Assembly: GCF_006345805.1 (NCBI RefSeq)
Contig: NC_042997.1
Coordinates: 181,660,001-181,724,000 of the forward strand
DNA length: 64,000 bases
Direction: 5' to 3'
Origin: Octopus sinensis
Lineage: Eukaryota
Shown here: piece by piece, positions 1 through 13,064 of the stretch
Position numbering within the stretch: position 1 is the first letter of the stretch
Layout: every line of letters begins with the position of its first letter
Translations under genes and position numbers: made by a program
Notes under the pieces: generated by a model
The model's input: only the letters and a program-made list of their open reading frames with translations
Told to the model about the DNA's origin: nothing
Database searches by the model: none

Positions 1-159
1 TGCATTAAATTCTCTCATGCACCAAATTTCAATTGCTAAAAAGTATTCGTGAAGCAAAATCTTGTAGAAACACCAAATGGCGATGCCCCAGCATGGCCAC
101 AGCTCGTGAGCTTAAACTAGATGAAAGATAAAAAAAATTAAATATATATATATAAAGAG

Positions 160-202
<43 letters not shown>

Positions 203-315
203 AAATAGATAGATAGTAAGATAAATAGAGAGGCGCAGATAGAATGTAAAAATGCTGATGACTGGTGGTAACGAGAGATAATAACAAACACACACACATA
301 TATATATATATATAT

Positions 316-369
<54 letters not shown>

Positions 370-732
370 AAAAATAAGTGTGAGTGCGTAAGTCTGACTG
401 AAACAAAGATGCCCGTATGCAAACAAATAATTTTATCCCAGTATAGGTTTTTATCGTTATTGCAGACGACACAGTCGCTGTCTCAAGTGTCGTCTGCTAC
501 TCGTTTGAAAGAATATGAACACTTTGAAATATTTTTTTTTTCACTAAGTCGTCTCTTTGAAAATGTCACTGTAAGTCTGGAAGAAAAGAAATAGCATGTT
601 TTCATTTGTGGAAGCATGTAGATTGAAAGGTTATATTGTTTGTAGTTTTCACTTATAGTTTCCTTGCACTTGTGTTGGTTTCTTGAATGTTTTATGATGC
701 AAATATGAGACAGATGAGTCATATAGACATCT

Positions 733-1040
733 GGCACTCCGTCGCTTACGACGACGAGGGTTCCGCTTGATCCGATCAACGGAACAGTTTGCCTGTGAGG
801 TTAACGTGCAAGTGACTGAGCACTCCATAGACACATGTACTCCTCCATACACTTCTCAGGGAGATTCAGCGTGATACAGAGTGTGACAAGGCTGGCCCTT
901 TGAAATACAGGTACTACACATTTTTGCCAGCTGAGTGGACTGGAGCAACGTGGAGTAAATATATATAAAGCGCCACCGGGAATCGATCTCGCGACACTAC
1001 GATCACGAGCCGAATACCCTAACTACTAAGCCACGCGATT
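733..1040 (-). mobile_element. tRNA-headed CORE-type SINE (head1 + CORE + tail X)
   Basis: Reverse complement matches the + copy at 15122-15441: tRNA-like head, CORE-like 'ctccagtccactcagctg', tail ending 'ccctcgtcgtcgtaagcgacggagtgcc'. Confidence 0.8.
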
Positions 1041-1137
1041 TCACAATATATACATATGTATGTATATATGTATGTATGCATGTATGTAAACATGCATACA
1101 TACGGACACACATATATGTGGATTAAAACAGTTTGAT

Positions 1138-1201
1138 TCAAATTCGTTAGTACTCTTGAGTTTCAAGCGTGATGCTAGTCGTCAGCCATTTCGAATTTGA
1201 A
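1138..1201 (-). ncRNA. Type I hammerhead ribozyme motif with extended stem I
   Basis: Minus strand: UUCAAAUUCG-aaa-UGG CUGACGA cu-AGC-aucac-GCU-u GAA ACUC-aa-GAGU A^ CUA-a-CGAAUUUGAA. Core, three stems and a GUA cleavage triplet are present; the base of stem II is imperfect. Confidence 0.65.
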
Positions 1202-2242
1202 TGAAAGAAGTTGATTGCTATTACCGTAAGGTGGGCTGCGATTGATCGAGGTAGATCAGACAATTTCATGGTTTGATGTTGGTATATGGGTAATCGTTCG
1301 TTGGAAAATACCGCATGGTGAACAGGAAACTGACCACGTGGCGATTAGGAAATCGGTCAGGTTGTTTGAAGGGTGGAAGCAGGAAGGGGCGGCATGTGCA
1401 AGTATATAGTTCTATATGTGGGTGTGCAAATGCGTTCATATGGTTTTGCGTGTATGTGTGTATTGATGAGAGCGTGCGCATCTGTACGTGGGTGCGCACG
1501 CGCATGTCTGCACACATACACACACATACACTCATGCACGCACACACAAGCGCTTGGGACACTTTCACCTTTGCGTTTAAGTCATAGCATTTGACAGAGA
1601 CAACCACACCCTACTGTCAAAATTGTATAACATTGGAATGTATGAAAATCCGTTGTACTGGATGAAACATTTCTTGGTGAATAGAGCCTAACTGGTTAGG
1701 GTCAATGGAATTTACTCAAGCCGAATAAAAGCACCAGTGATATTTCCGAAGAGAAACAACTATAGTCTCTTCTTTCTGGAGAACCACTTATAACATCCAG
1801 CAATATCAGAGTCTTAGAAGTAATTTTGGCAACAACTTCAGCTGGAGCGGTTCGCCAGATGAACTTCTATATCGTCAGAACTTTCCAACCTAGAGAGCCA
1901 GGTTTCCCCTGTGGCATCCCCATTTCAAACAATACGTTATGAGAAATGAGACGCTCTACAAAGTAATTACTAAAATAAATAAATAGGTTATAATAAAGAA
2001 TATGAAATAAAAATTTAAAAAAATATATAAATGACAAGACTGATCTTGATTACAGTGACAACTTTATAAAATTTTTAAGCTGTTTTCTCTAACGCCACCC
2101 AAAGCGCTACATCATTTACATAACGAGGAAAATAAATCACCGGCATTGTCTAAACCCTATTAAAATCATATTGTTATATTTGGGAATGATCATTTTCTTG
2201 TTACCAAATAAACCCATGCACTATACACCCGTTCTTCACTCC

Positions 2243-2874
2243 AGTTTTATTCTTATTATCTTTATATCGTGCTTTCACTTCACTACCGAGCGCAGCTCTG
2301 TGTGCCTTGGGTATGTGCTGTGATTTGTTGTGATACTCTGATGATTATTGTATGGAAAGTGTTCTGCGTAGGATGTGTGCAGTGCCTAGTAGTGCAATTT
2401 TCTGTATGTTATATGTGTTTGTAAGTCCTGGTGTTTTTCTTATGTATTTGTCTGAATATTTTTTTATCATGCCTAATGCACCTATTATGATAGGAATTGT
2501 TTCTGTTTTTAGATTCCACATTCTGGTTACCTCTATTTCCAGGTCTTTGTATTTTGAAAGTTTCTCCATTAAGGTATATGGTAAACTTTGACAGCAGCTC
2601 ATACCATCTTTTTTCTGTTGTTATTCCATAATGTTGGCATAGTTTCCAGTGTATATAGGTCCCAACTCTGTCGTGTCTGTGAATATATTCCTTCTTAGCC
2701 AGAACTGGGCAGCCAGAGATAATATGATTTATTGTTTCTTGTCCATCTCCAATATTCTGCAGTTACTTGTTATATTTCTTTTCATTACATGTTTTTGGTA
2801 TATTCTGGCTTTGGTCTTGTGCTGCAATTTAAAAATCCTTGTGTCTCTGCTTTGAGTTCTGAGCTTCTCAACCA

Positions 2875-2875
<1 letters not shown>
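2243..2875 (-). mobile_element. 5'-truncated R4/Dong-like non-LTR retrotransposon (RLE endonuclease C-terminus + 3' UTR)
   Basis: ORF 2345-2602 EKLSKYKDLEIEVTRMW...IPIIIGALG...QKIALLGTAHILRRTL is typical of the R4-clade RLE domain; (TTA)n at 2876-2906 abuts the 5' truncation. Confidence 0.8.
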
Positions 2876-2906
<31 letters not shown>

Positions 2907-3391
2907 GTATCCTTTGTCTGAAATCCTTTGTCCCACATCCTGTAACCTCTTCAGTGACTCCCTATTCCACGTGTCGCCTCCTGTCTTGAAACAGGAAATA
3001 TAACAGTATCTGTTTCAACACACGATTTCACATCCGGAATTTTGCGAAACAGAAACATAAACGATATTAACATCAAGTTTACAGTTAATCCTGTATCATG
3101 CACAAGTCAGGCTCACAACACAGAACTACATTGCAACACAGTTACTTTTCCTCAATAGGCTTTGTTCTGTTTCTTATCACAAAACAAATGAAAGACGAAA
3201 TTATCCCATAATCTTTAAACGATACCCGGACAATTTCTTCAAAGAAGAGAAGACAAATCATCTATATCTGGATACATCTTAGTCAACAACAGCTCACCAC
3301 TTGAATGTGCCTTAATACAACAAAATATGCTTTGAAAGGCTTAACAGATTCTATCCTATTAAGTTAGACATATAACCTAGGCTAACTTTGG

Positions 3392-3590
3392 CCGAGTGCG
3401 ACCATGCTAGAGCACCAGCTTGAAGAATTTTAGTCGAACAAATCGAACCCAAACTTTTTTTATAAACCTTGAAATTAGCCTATTCGTCTCTTATGCCGAA
3501 CTGCTAGATTACGGGGACGTAAACGCACCGACACCCATGGTTAAGAGGGGGGGGGGGTAAACACAGACATAAAGACACACACACACATAT
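3392..3590 (-). mobile_element. SINE group A, 3' half
   Basis: Diverged reverse complement of the 3' half of the copy at 3598-4012. Confidence 0.6.
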
Positions 3591-3597
3591 ATATGTA

Positions 3598-3759
3598 AGC
3601 GCAGGCGTGGCTGTGTGGTAAGAAGCTTGCTTCTCAACCACAAGCTTCCGGGTTCAGTCCCACTGCATGACGTCTTGGGCAAGTGTCTTCTCCTATTGCT
3701 TCGGGCCGACCAAAGCCTGGTGAGTGGATTTGGTAGACAGAAACTAAAAGAAGCCTGTC

Positions 3760-3794
<35 letters not shown>

Positions 3795-4012
3795 TGAGTG
3801 TCTGTGTTTGTCCCCCCACCATCGCTTGACAACCGATGCTGGTATGTTTACGTATTCGTAACTTAGTGATTCGACGAAAGAAACCGATAGGATAAGTACT
3901 AGGCTTAGAAGGAATAAGTCCTGGGGTCGATTTATTCGACTAACACCGTTTCAGGTTGTGCTCCAGCATGGCCGCAGTCAAATGGCTGAAACAATTAAAA
4001 TAATAAAAGAAT
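3598..4012 (+). mobile_element. SINE group A (tRNA-like head, internal microsatellite, 3' half)
   Basis: A-box-like tggctgtgtggtaag, B-box-like ggttcagtccc, internal (TA)n, tail ccagcatggccgcagtcaaatg...aaaagaata; more than 10 copies in the window. Confidence 0.85.
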
Positions 4013-4017
4013 ATGAA

Positions 4018-4245
4018 TGGTGGAGGCGCGTGGCTTAGTGGTTAGCATGTTGGACTCATGATCACAAGATTGTGGTTTCCATTCCTGCACCGGGCGATGC
4101 GTTGTATTCTTGAGCAAAACACTGCATTTCACGTTGCTCCAATCCACTCAGCTGGTAAAAACGAGTAAACCTGAGATGGATCGGCGTCTCGTCCAGGTGG
4201 GGAATATATACATCACTGAACCCGGGAAACCGGCCCTCATGGCTC
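4018..4245 (+). mobile_element. CORE-type SINE (head1 + CORE + tail Y)
   Basis: Same head and CORE as 15122, but 3' tail cctgagatggatcggcgtctcgtccagg is shared with 23915-24168 and 60185-60470. Confidence 0.75.
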
Positions 4246-4331
4246 GAGAAGAAAACATTTGTTATTTATTTTTATATTGCATGTATATATATGCATATAT
4301 ATGCATATACATAATATATAATATATATATA

Positions 4332-4374
<43 letters not shown>

Positions 4375-4460
4375 GGTCCCGGGTTGAGTCGGGGTTAACC
4401 ACAGTAAATAAGGTACTCAATACATAGCAGAGTAAATTAATTTAATTATTTTATAGAAGG

Positions 4461-4511
4461 AGCTTCTACAGGACTAGAACTGTTTCATTCAAAAGAAATC
4501 ATCAGGAAGCT
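4461..4511 (-). ncRNA. Type I hammerhead ribozyme motif (mirror copy in the palindrome)
   Basis: Identical to 4536-4586 on the opposite strand. Confidence 0.85.
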
Positions 4512-4535
4512 AGGTGACACCTATTCTTGTCACCT

Positions 4536-4586
4536 AGCTTCCTGATGATTTCTTTTGAATGAAACAGTTCTAGTCCTGTAGAAGCT
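4536..4586 (+). ncRNA. Type I hammerhead ribozyme motif
   Basis: AGCUUC CUGAUGA u-UUC-uuuu-GAA-u GAA ACAG-uucuaguc-CUGU A^ GAAGCU: 6-bp stem I, 4-bp stem III, intact core, GUA site. Confidence 0.85.
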
Positions 4587-4602
4587 CCTTCTATAAAATA
4601 AT

Positions 4603-4681
<79 letters not shown>

Positions 4682-4801
4682 AATAGATGAGTGTATTTTT
4701 CCTTTGTTAAAAATTAACATGGAAAAAATAGATAAATAGTTATCAGGGTAGCAAAAAATCACACAAGTAAAGAGGTTGTAACAATATATGTATATATATA
4801 T

Positions 4802-4832
<31 letters not shown>

Positions 4833-4836
4833 ATAT

Positions 4837-4897
<61 letters not shown>

Positions 4898-4913
4898 TAT
4901 GTATATATGCAAA

Positions 4914-6173
4914 TATTAGGTCATCAAGTATGAAATTTGTAGAAAAGAAAAAAAGTTTGCTAACGCTTTATAAATGCAAGGAATAGTTTTATTCATGAAA
5001 GTATGCACCCATATTGTCAATACACTTTTGCCATATCAGCGACAGCTTGACTAACCCGGAACTGTGAAATCCTGGTAATCTAGAGTCAATAAGATCTTGG
5101 AAGGCCTGTTTTACAGCATCGTCGGAATTAAATTTTTTCCATATCAGAAAGTTATACAAATTCCGGAAGAAGTGGCAGTCAGTGAGGGCAAGATCAGGTG
5201 AGTATGGTGGATGATAGAGAACTTCCAATTCCAACTCCTGTAGTTTCGTCAATGTCTTTTTTGCGATGTGTGGTCTGGCGTTGTCTTGCAATAAAATCAG
5301 AGTGGATCTGTTGACTAATCTAGGCTGGTTTTTTTTTGTAATTTTCTGCATTATTTGGTCCAATTGTCTGCAGTATACTTCGGCCGTGATTGATGAGCCA
5401 GGTTTAATGAAATCATAATGGATCACACCTGCGCCAGATCACCAAACACACCATCAGCTTCTTTTAATGAATTTTGCTTTTTGGACTGTGTTTTGGTGGC
5501 TAGTCTTTGTCCAACCATTGTGCTGAACGTTTACAGCTGTTGTATTGGATCCATTTCTAATCACATGTGACAATTCGATTCAAAAAGGATTAATTTTTGT
5601 GACGAGAAACTAGCATAATGTAGGCTTCCAAACGTTGCTGTTTCTGATTTTCCTTGAGTTCATGTGGAACCCACTTATCTAACGTTTTTTCACTTTACCG
5701 ATTTCAACTAGGTGAGTCAGTATTGTTTGCTTGCTAACACCAAACAACAACGATAATTCACGGGTACTTTGAGATGGATCTGACTTTCAGTTCGTCATTA
5801 TCCGCCTTTGTTTCTGGTCGACCGCGTTGTTCATTTGTGAAGTCAAAGTTATCAGAACGAAATTTTGCAAACCAATTTAATACTGTCTGCTGTATAATAA
5901 CATTAGAATGAAATACCCCCGTAATATTCCGAGCTGTTTGTGATGCTGTATTTCCAAGAAAGAACTCATATTTCAAAACTCTAAACAAAAGTAGCAAAGA
6001 GCGATTTATAAATACTTTATAAAGCACAAAATGAGTTAGAATAAAGAAATGGATGTGTCAGCTTTCTAACAAAATATAAAGATTATCAAAATATTATCAA
6101 AATGGCGCAAAATGAGCTGCTGTCAAAGTTTACCATATACCTTACTACAAATTTCCTACATAACGACCTAATA
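4914..6173 (-). mobile_element. Near full-length degenerate mariner transposon
   Basis: ORF pieces LLQDNARPH...HPPYSPDLA..DCHFF...D (DD34D-type) and N-terminal HTH with GRP; imperfect TIRs tattaggtc..gta.gaaattt at both ends; about 1.26 kb; frameshifts and stops. Confidence 0.9.
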
Positions 6174-6599
6174 TATATGGATATGCATATATGTATATAG
6201 TCGCTGGAACATAGAAAAGGAGCTAAATATCTCTATAGCTATTTATCCATAAATCCATCCATACATACACACACGTATACACGCGAGCAAACAAAGATAT
6301 AAATATGTATATGTATCAAGATGTTATCCCATACATACATTTATAAATGAATAAATACATGCACACATACAGACATATTTATATAGTATTATATATGTAT
6401 GATTTAATTTATAGATTTGTATATCAGATATAGATTTAATTTACTTGTTCGTTTTAGAACTAAACAACAAGTATGAGTGTTTATGCGTATGTCTGAGTGG
6501 GAACTTGTGTGTCGTATGGAATATATCAATTACTAATATGAATGTATATTCTGAATAGAATATATACGCCTGCACATAATTGTGTGTGTGTGTGTGTGT

Positions 6600-6630
<31 letters not shown>

Positions 6631-6663
6631 CGTCCGTCCGTCCGTCCGTCCGTCCGTCCGTCC

Positions 6664-6695
<32 letters not shown>

Positions 6696-6756
6696 GGCTA
6701 TCTATATATTTATCTATCTATCTATATATAGGCAAAAGCACACTAACATTGATTTC

Positions 6757-6910
6757 AAATTTTAGTATAAACCCAACAATTTCGGAGCCACATAGGGTGG
6801 GAGTGGGGGAGAAAGCCAGTTACATCGACCCCCTCCATCGTTCAAGTTGTACTTATTTTATCGACCTCGAAAGGATGAAAGGCAAAGTCGAGTTAGGCGG
6901 AATTTGAAGC
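6757..6910 (-). mobile_element. SINE group C fragment
   Basis: Reverse complement of caaattccgcc...gactttgcctttcatcctttcg.ggtcgataaaataagtac. Confidence 0.7.
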
Positions 6911-7123
6911 ACACACAAATATTCCATAGTCGCAGCTATGGCCGGGTCCCTAAGAAGTTCGCTTTGCCACTGTGTGATTCAGTCATCGATTGCACAGTGT
7001 AAGGACCATGAGCTTATAGTGGAAATCGGTGCGTAGAATCATATTCACGGAAACCGTGCAGAAAACTCTCTCTGTCTCTTTCTCTCTCTCGCGATCGTGT
7101 GTATTCTCAGACACACACACGCG

Positions 7124-7217
<94 letters not shown>

Positions 7218-7333
7218 CACTCTCTCTCTCTCTCACACACACACACACATACGAAATATCCGCATAAATGAATAAGATGAAAGTCAAGAGTAAACAAGGC
7301 GATACATTTCAATGCAGAGAAAGTAATAAACTG

Positions 7334-7439
<106 letters not shown>

Positions 7440-8381
7440 TTGTCTGTCTGTCTCTCTCTCTCTGTATATATATATATGTGTATGTGTGTGTAGATAGATA
7501 GATAGGTAGGTAGGTTGGTAGGTAGGTAGGTAGTTAGATAGATAGATAGATTAATAGCAAGATAGACACTGATAGATGAAAATGGTGTCGCTTAACCCTC
7601 GGTTAATTCTGATGGCGCAAACACATGACTAGAGGCATTTGAAGCATCTCACATTTTTCCAGACTCGGTGTATGCAAAACAACATGATTCAATATGTTCT
7701 TCCTTTTTTAAACGGTCGGGTATGAGGTCAAAGAGACTTGACTGCTATTTCTGTCAGCTAGGACGACTGCGTTGGTCTGATAGAAAGAAACAAATAGATA
7801 GATAGATGGATGGACAGACAGATATATAGATAGATAGATAGATAGATCGATAGATAGATAGATAGATGGACACTTTTTCTCTCCCTATGTGTGTGTGGGT
7901 GTGTATGGATGTGAGTTGTGTATTTGTGTATGTGTGTATGTATGCACGCGCTCGCCGGATTCAGAAACAGTATTAAAGGTAGCCACCCTAGTCTGGCCGA
8001 CAGTGCAGCTGTACTCATCGTTTGGTTGAAGGTAATAATGGATGTCTTTGTACGTGTATGCATTCGTGTTTATGTGTGTGTGTGTGTGTGGTTGAATGTT
8101 TGTGAACATTCGATATGTGTGTTTGTGTGCGTGTGTGTGTGCGTGAGGTGGATAGACTGGCTGATATGAAGACAAAATAGAGTGGGGGGGGCAGGAGGAG
8201 AGTGTGAAAAGAGACTGAGAGTAAGAGAGAAGGAGGGAGGGAGGGAGAAAGAGAGAAAAAGAGAGAGAAATGGAAAGAGACAGACAAATATGTTAGTAGA
8301 GAGATGACAGAATTAAATTATAAGAAAACAAAGCGAAAAGGGAAAAGGACGAAGAGATGAAGAACGAAGAAGGATATGTGT

Positions 8382-8421
<40 letters not shown>

Positions 8422-9085
8422 CTGTGTATATGTATATACGTATATATGTATACACACATATACACACATATATACATGTTTAGGGATAGATAGATAGAAA
8501 AGGGAGAGTGATATGAGAAAGCCAGGAGAGCAAAAGAAAGTAAAAACAGAAATAGAGAGGGAAATTTTGAAGAGCAGATGTAAAAGGAGAGCAAACGGAG
8601 AAACGGGAGAAGTAGATAGATAGATAGAGATAGAGAGAGGGGGGACAGAGAGCGAGAATAACAGAGAGAGAGAGAGAGCGAAATATAGCGTGTGAGGAGA
8701 AACATTGGAGAGTAGCAGAAGGTAAAATTGAAATAGAGATGAGGAATTGAAAAAGAATTGTGAAGGGTAAGTAAGAGGAGTGGTGAAGGAGTAGAGGAGT
8801 GGGAGAAGAACTAGAGAGAGAGAAAAATAAAGAGGTAGAATTTAGAAGGGAGAGAGAGAGAGAGGAGATGGATAGAAGAGAAGAAAATGAGGAAGAATGG
8901 AAAACGAATGATATTGAATCGAGAGAGAAATTGGAGGACGAAGTGGAAGAATGAAAGGAGAAATGAATTCAAGAACAGTGAAAGAGAGAAGGAATGATGG
9001 AGAGAAAAGGAAAGAGAGACAGAGAAAGACAGACAGATAGTGTATGAGTGTATATGTATACATACATATATATATATATACATAC

Positions 9086-9117
<32 letters not shown>

Positions 9118-9144
9118 CAATATCAGGGTAGCAAAAAATTCAAG

Positions 9145-9236
9145 AGAAATTTTTCGCCACCAGCGGTTTGAGTTTAGCTGCTCTTTCTAGTGGGTCGAAT
9201 GGCCTATCAAAGCCATTCCTTAATATTGTTGAAATC

Positions 9237-9267
<31 letters not shown>

Positions 9268-9501
9268 ATTGATTTCAAAAGAAATTTTTCGCCACCAGCG
9301 GTTTGAGTTTAGTTGCTCTTTTAGTGGGTCGAATGGCTATCAAGGCCATTCCTTAATATTGTTGAAATCATATATATAATATATATATAATATAATATAT
9401 CTATGATTTCAAAATAAATTTTTCGCCACCAGCGGTTTGAGTTTAGTTGCTCTTTCTAGTGGGTCGAATGGCCTATCAGGCCATTCCTTAATATTGTTGA
9501 A

Positions 9502-9535
<34 letters not shown>

Positions 9536-9786
9536 TAAACAGTAAAATTAAATACAGACATGGACAAGAACATGAAAACCCACAGAGACGACACAAGAAC
9601 CACAGGACGGGACATTCGAAGCCCTCAGTCATCAGTCAAGAACCAGATCATCTTAGCAATTTCGGCTGTATAATATATATATATGATTTCAAAAGAAATT
9701 TTTCGCCACCAGCGGTTTGAGTTTAGTTGCTCTTTCTAGTGGGTCGAATGGCCTATCAAGGCCATTCCTTAATATTGTTGAAATCA
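9145..9786. repeat. Array of four ~106-bp units separated by (TA)n
   Basis: Units at ~9145-9240, 9269-9372, 9402-9507 and 9682-9786; ends TATGATTTCAA...TTGAAATCATA form an 11-bp inverted pair; internal hairpin GAATGGCC-tatcaa-GGCCATTC. Confidence 0.9.
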
Positions 9787-9839
<53 letters not shown>

Positions 9840-10400
9840 ATATATATATATATGTTTAGATAGACAGATAGATAGATAGAGAGACAGACAGACAGACAGA
9901 TGGAGAGATATAGATAAATATATAGAGGGAGAGGAGAGAGAGAGATAGAGAGAGGAAAGAGACGAAATGTGTTGACACCAATGTTATTGCTTCAGTGCAG
10001 CACGGGACCGGATAAAACTTGGTGCTGTTGTGTGTGTTTGGTTGCAAGTTGCTTCAATTATCACAACCTCTGCTGGTGCTGCTTGTTTTGTAATCAAATG
10101 AAGAACAGATCACGATGATGCCAGTTTTACATACTCATATACAGAACACATACTCCATCCATCCATCGGAAGGTCCGCCTGTCCGTATGTCCGTCCGTCC
10201 GTCCATCCATCCATCCGTCCATCCATGCATCCGTTCATCCATCCATCCATCCATCCATTCGTCCATCCGTGCATTCATGCATCCATCCATGCATGCATGC
10301 ATGCACGCACTCATCCATCCATCCATCCATGCATCCATCCATCCATGCATCCATCTGTCCATCCGTCCGTTCGTCAATCCACCCTTCCATCTACACACAC

Positions 10401-10431
<31 letters not shown>

Positions 10432-10496
10432 TCTATCTATCTATCTATCATCTATCTATATGTGCGTGTATTCATACTTATGCATATGCATGTATA

Positions 10497-10529
<33 letters not shown>

Positions 10530-10608
10530 TTAATATACGTATATATATATGTATATATATATATATATATATATGTATATAGGTATATATATATGTATGT
10601 GACTTATT

Positions 10609-10652
<44 letters not shown>

Positions 10653-11281
10653 CGTGCGTTTGTGTATGTGTGTGCATGCATGCATATGTACACATACATG
10701 TATATACATAAATACATAAACATACATGCACACACAGAGACACACACATACATATACATATATGCATATATGGAGACACACATATTAAAATGATGCATGC
10801 AAGCCAACAAAGCGACCTCTAAGTGGTTGTTCGACATACTAGAAATGTCAGCTAAATCTCACATAGGTATCTTTAAAAAAATAGGACGCCGCGTATAATG
10901 AGATCCTTGGTGTCCTTCACATAGGAAATAGCCGGGATAATTTCGGCTGACATGCCCTTGATCATAGTTTTGATACACGAGTACTGACCTGGGGCTAAAT
11001 AGCTACAAGGAGGATGTGTATATGTGTGTGTGAACGGCCGCGTGCACTAGTCAATCGATCAATAAATCAATCAATAAATCTATCCATCTGTACGAATGCA
11101 TACACACACACACACACAATCACATACATAAAATACTCACACACTCACAGGCACATACATACGCAGGCATTCCCACACTCGCATATATATATATATATTA
11201 TGTTATGTTCAACCCTAAAGTTACACCAATAGAAATACGTCTTTTGAATTTTACTTAGCCTTTCACATAAGCTTTCGTTCC

Positions 11282-11367
<86 letters not shown>

Positions 11368-11380
11368 ATATCTATCTATA

Positions 11381-11455
<75 letters not shown>

Positions 11456-11736
11456 TTTTCTTTCTGTGGTCTTTATAATCTGATATTTCTAATACCAATT
11501 TGTTTATATGACTGTATCTCTTGGCTTGGGTTTGTGCATATACACATACATTTCCTCATCAGCGTGCACTCTCCATAAACAGACATATATGCATTTTTAT
11601 TTGCAATACACACACGTGTATATGTAAGTATTTAAAATACACGCACACACACACACACGCACACAGAGTTAGAAAACGAAATCATTATAATGATCACAAA
11701 GGGGAAAACTAAAGGCACTAATTATCTATATTATTT

Positions 11737-11818
11737 ACATTTGACGGATATTTGTCCTCATCTTTGTTGTTAACACAACGTTTCGGCTGATATACCCTCC
11801 AACCTTTATCAGGTGACT
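11737..11818 (-). ncRNA. Hammerhead motif in the 3' pLTR, G8A mutant
   Basis: CUGAUAA instead of CUGAUGA; otherwise homologous to 13003-13064. Confidence 0.65.
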
Positions 11819-13002
11819 TGGGGAAATTTCGATAAATCTAATATTTTCCTATCCTTCCTTAATACCGGTTCCCATATGCTATTCATATCTGCACTCGGTC
11901 TGCTTAGGAGGTTGTTGTGTCCTAGCATATGTGCTGCTTCTTTTAGTTTTCGTATATTCCAGTGGTGTTCTCTATCTGTTATTTTAACTTCATCCCACAA
12001 GGGGAGGTTGTCTCCAGATTTCCATACTTAATTAGCTATACCTGATTTATCAATATCTCCTCGCGTCACAGCTTTGCAATGTTCCTCTATCCTTATTTTG
12101 AAGGGACGGCATGTTTCGCCTTTGTATAACCTACCTCAGCTGCATTGGATGGAGTACACGCAGTTTTTGGTCATGTTCTCTCCTATTGGTGGTTTTACCC
12201 GAAGGAGGTATTTGTGAAGTGGTGTATTGCTCTTGAATGCTGTCCTGATGTGATATGGGCCGCATGTCTTTTGTATCTTTTCGGAGAGTCCTTTCACATA
12301 GGGTAGACAGACTGTGGACAGTTTATTGGATTCATCCTCTCTTTTCTTCATAATTGGAGTAGATAGTATGTTTATGCCGTAGTCGTTGCTTAATAGATTG
12401 TTACTGAGCTTGATCATTTCTTCGTGGTGTGTTTTAGGCACTGAGCAATCTCTCTCTTTACACTGTATGGAGGGTGGGAATTGAAGTTAAGGTATCGTCC
12501 ATTGAAGGTCGGCTTGCAGTATACGGATGTCCTGAATCCATACTTGGTGCGTGTTATTAATACGTCCAGGAAATCTAGCAGGTTGTCTTTTTCCTTTTCC
12601 ATTGTGAACTGTATGGATAGCTTTATTGAGTTCACATGATCTATCAGCACTCGTCTCTTGTTATTTTCCTAAGTAATGAAGATAACCTCTCTTTGATTTC
12701 GCTATTTTGTTGATGTTTTTATACAACGGTTGTAATGGATCCTCTCACGGACGAGGGCATGTCCTGCTCTTTCCGCTACTCTTCTAGCTTTATATGAATC
12801 CACTGTCTGGTGTCATTATATTCAAGCTAGGTGGTATTAGCTTTGAGTCTTACATCTACACAAGACAGTTAGATGGTTTGAAAGACGAGATAGTTTTTGA
12901 TGGAGTTTATCTATATGTCTCAATTGAAGCCCAATGTAGACCCCGTACCGATTAGATAATACAGTTCTATATTTAAGAGATGAGGAATTATGTACATTAT
13001 TT

Positions 13003-13064
13003 ACATTTGACGGATATTTGTCATCGTTTCGGCTGATATACCCTCCAGCCTTCATCAGGTGTCT
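13003..13064 (-). ncRNA. Hammerhead ribozyme motif in the 5' pLTR
   Basis: CUGAUGA a GGCUG-gaggguauau-CAGCC GAA ACG...CGU C^; core and stems II/III are good, stem I is poorly paired in cis. Confidence 0.75.

Larger units (their letters stand above)
4440..4607. repeat. Perfect palindrome, 80-bp arms and 8-nt loop
   Basis: 4440-4519 is the exact reverse complement of 4528-4607; loop CCTATTCT. Confidence 0.95.

Noticed and set aside
7930-8060. Signal-peptide-like or exon-like frames (MSTAALSARLGWLPLILFLNPASA / YYLQPNDEYSCTVGQTRVATF)
   Set aside because: Short, bounded by microsatellites, no convincing splice pair and no recognisable family.
9535-9670. Family R (also 31615-31840) as a permuted hammerhead (GAAA ... 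CUGANGA on the minus strand)
   Set aside because: Core words are present but stem I does not pair and stem II needs a large bulge.
9145-9786. CRISPR-like repeat-spacer array
   Set aside because: Eukaryotic context, 106-bp repeats, (TA)n spacers and no cas genes.
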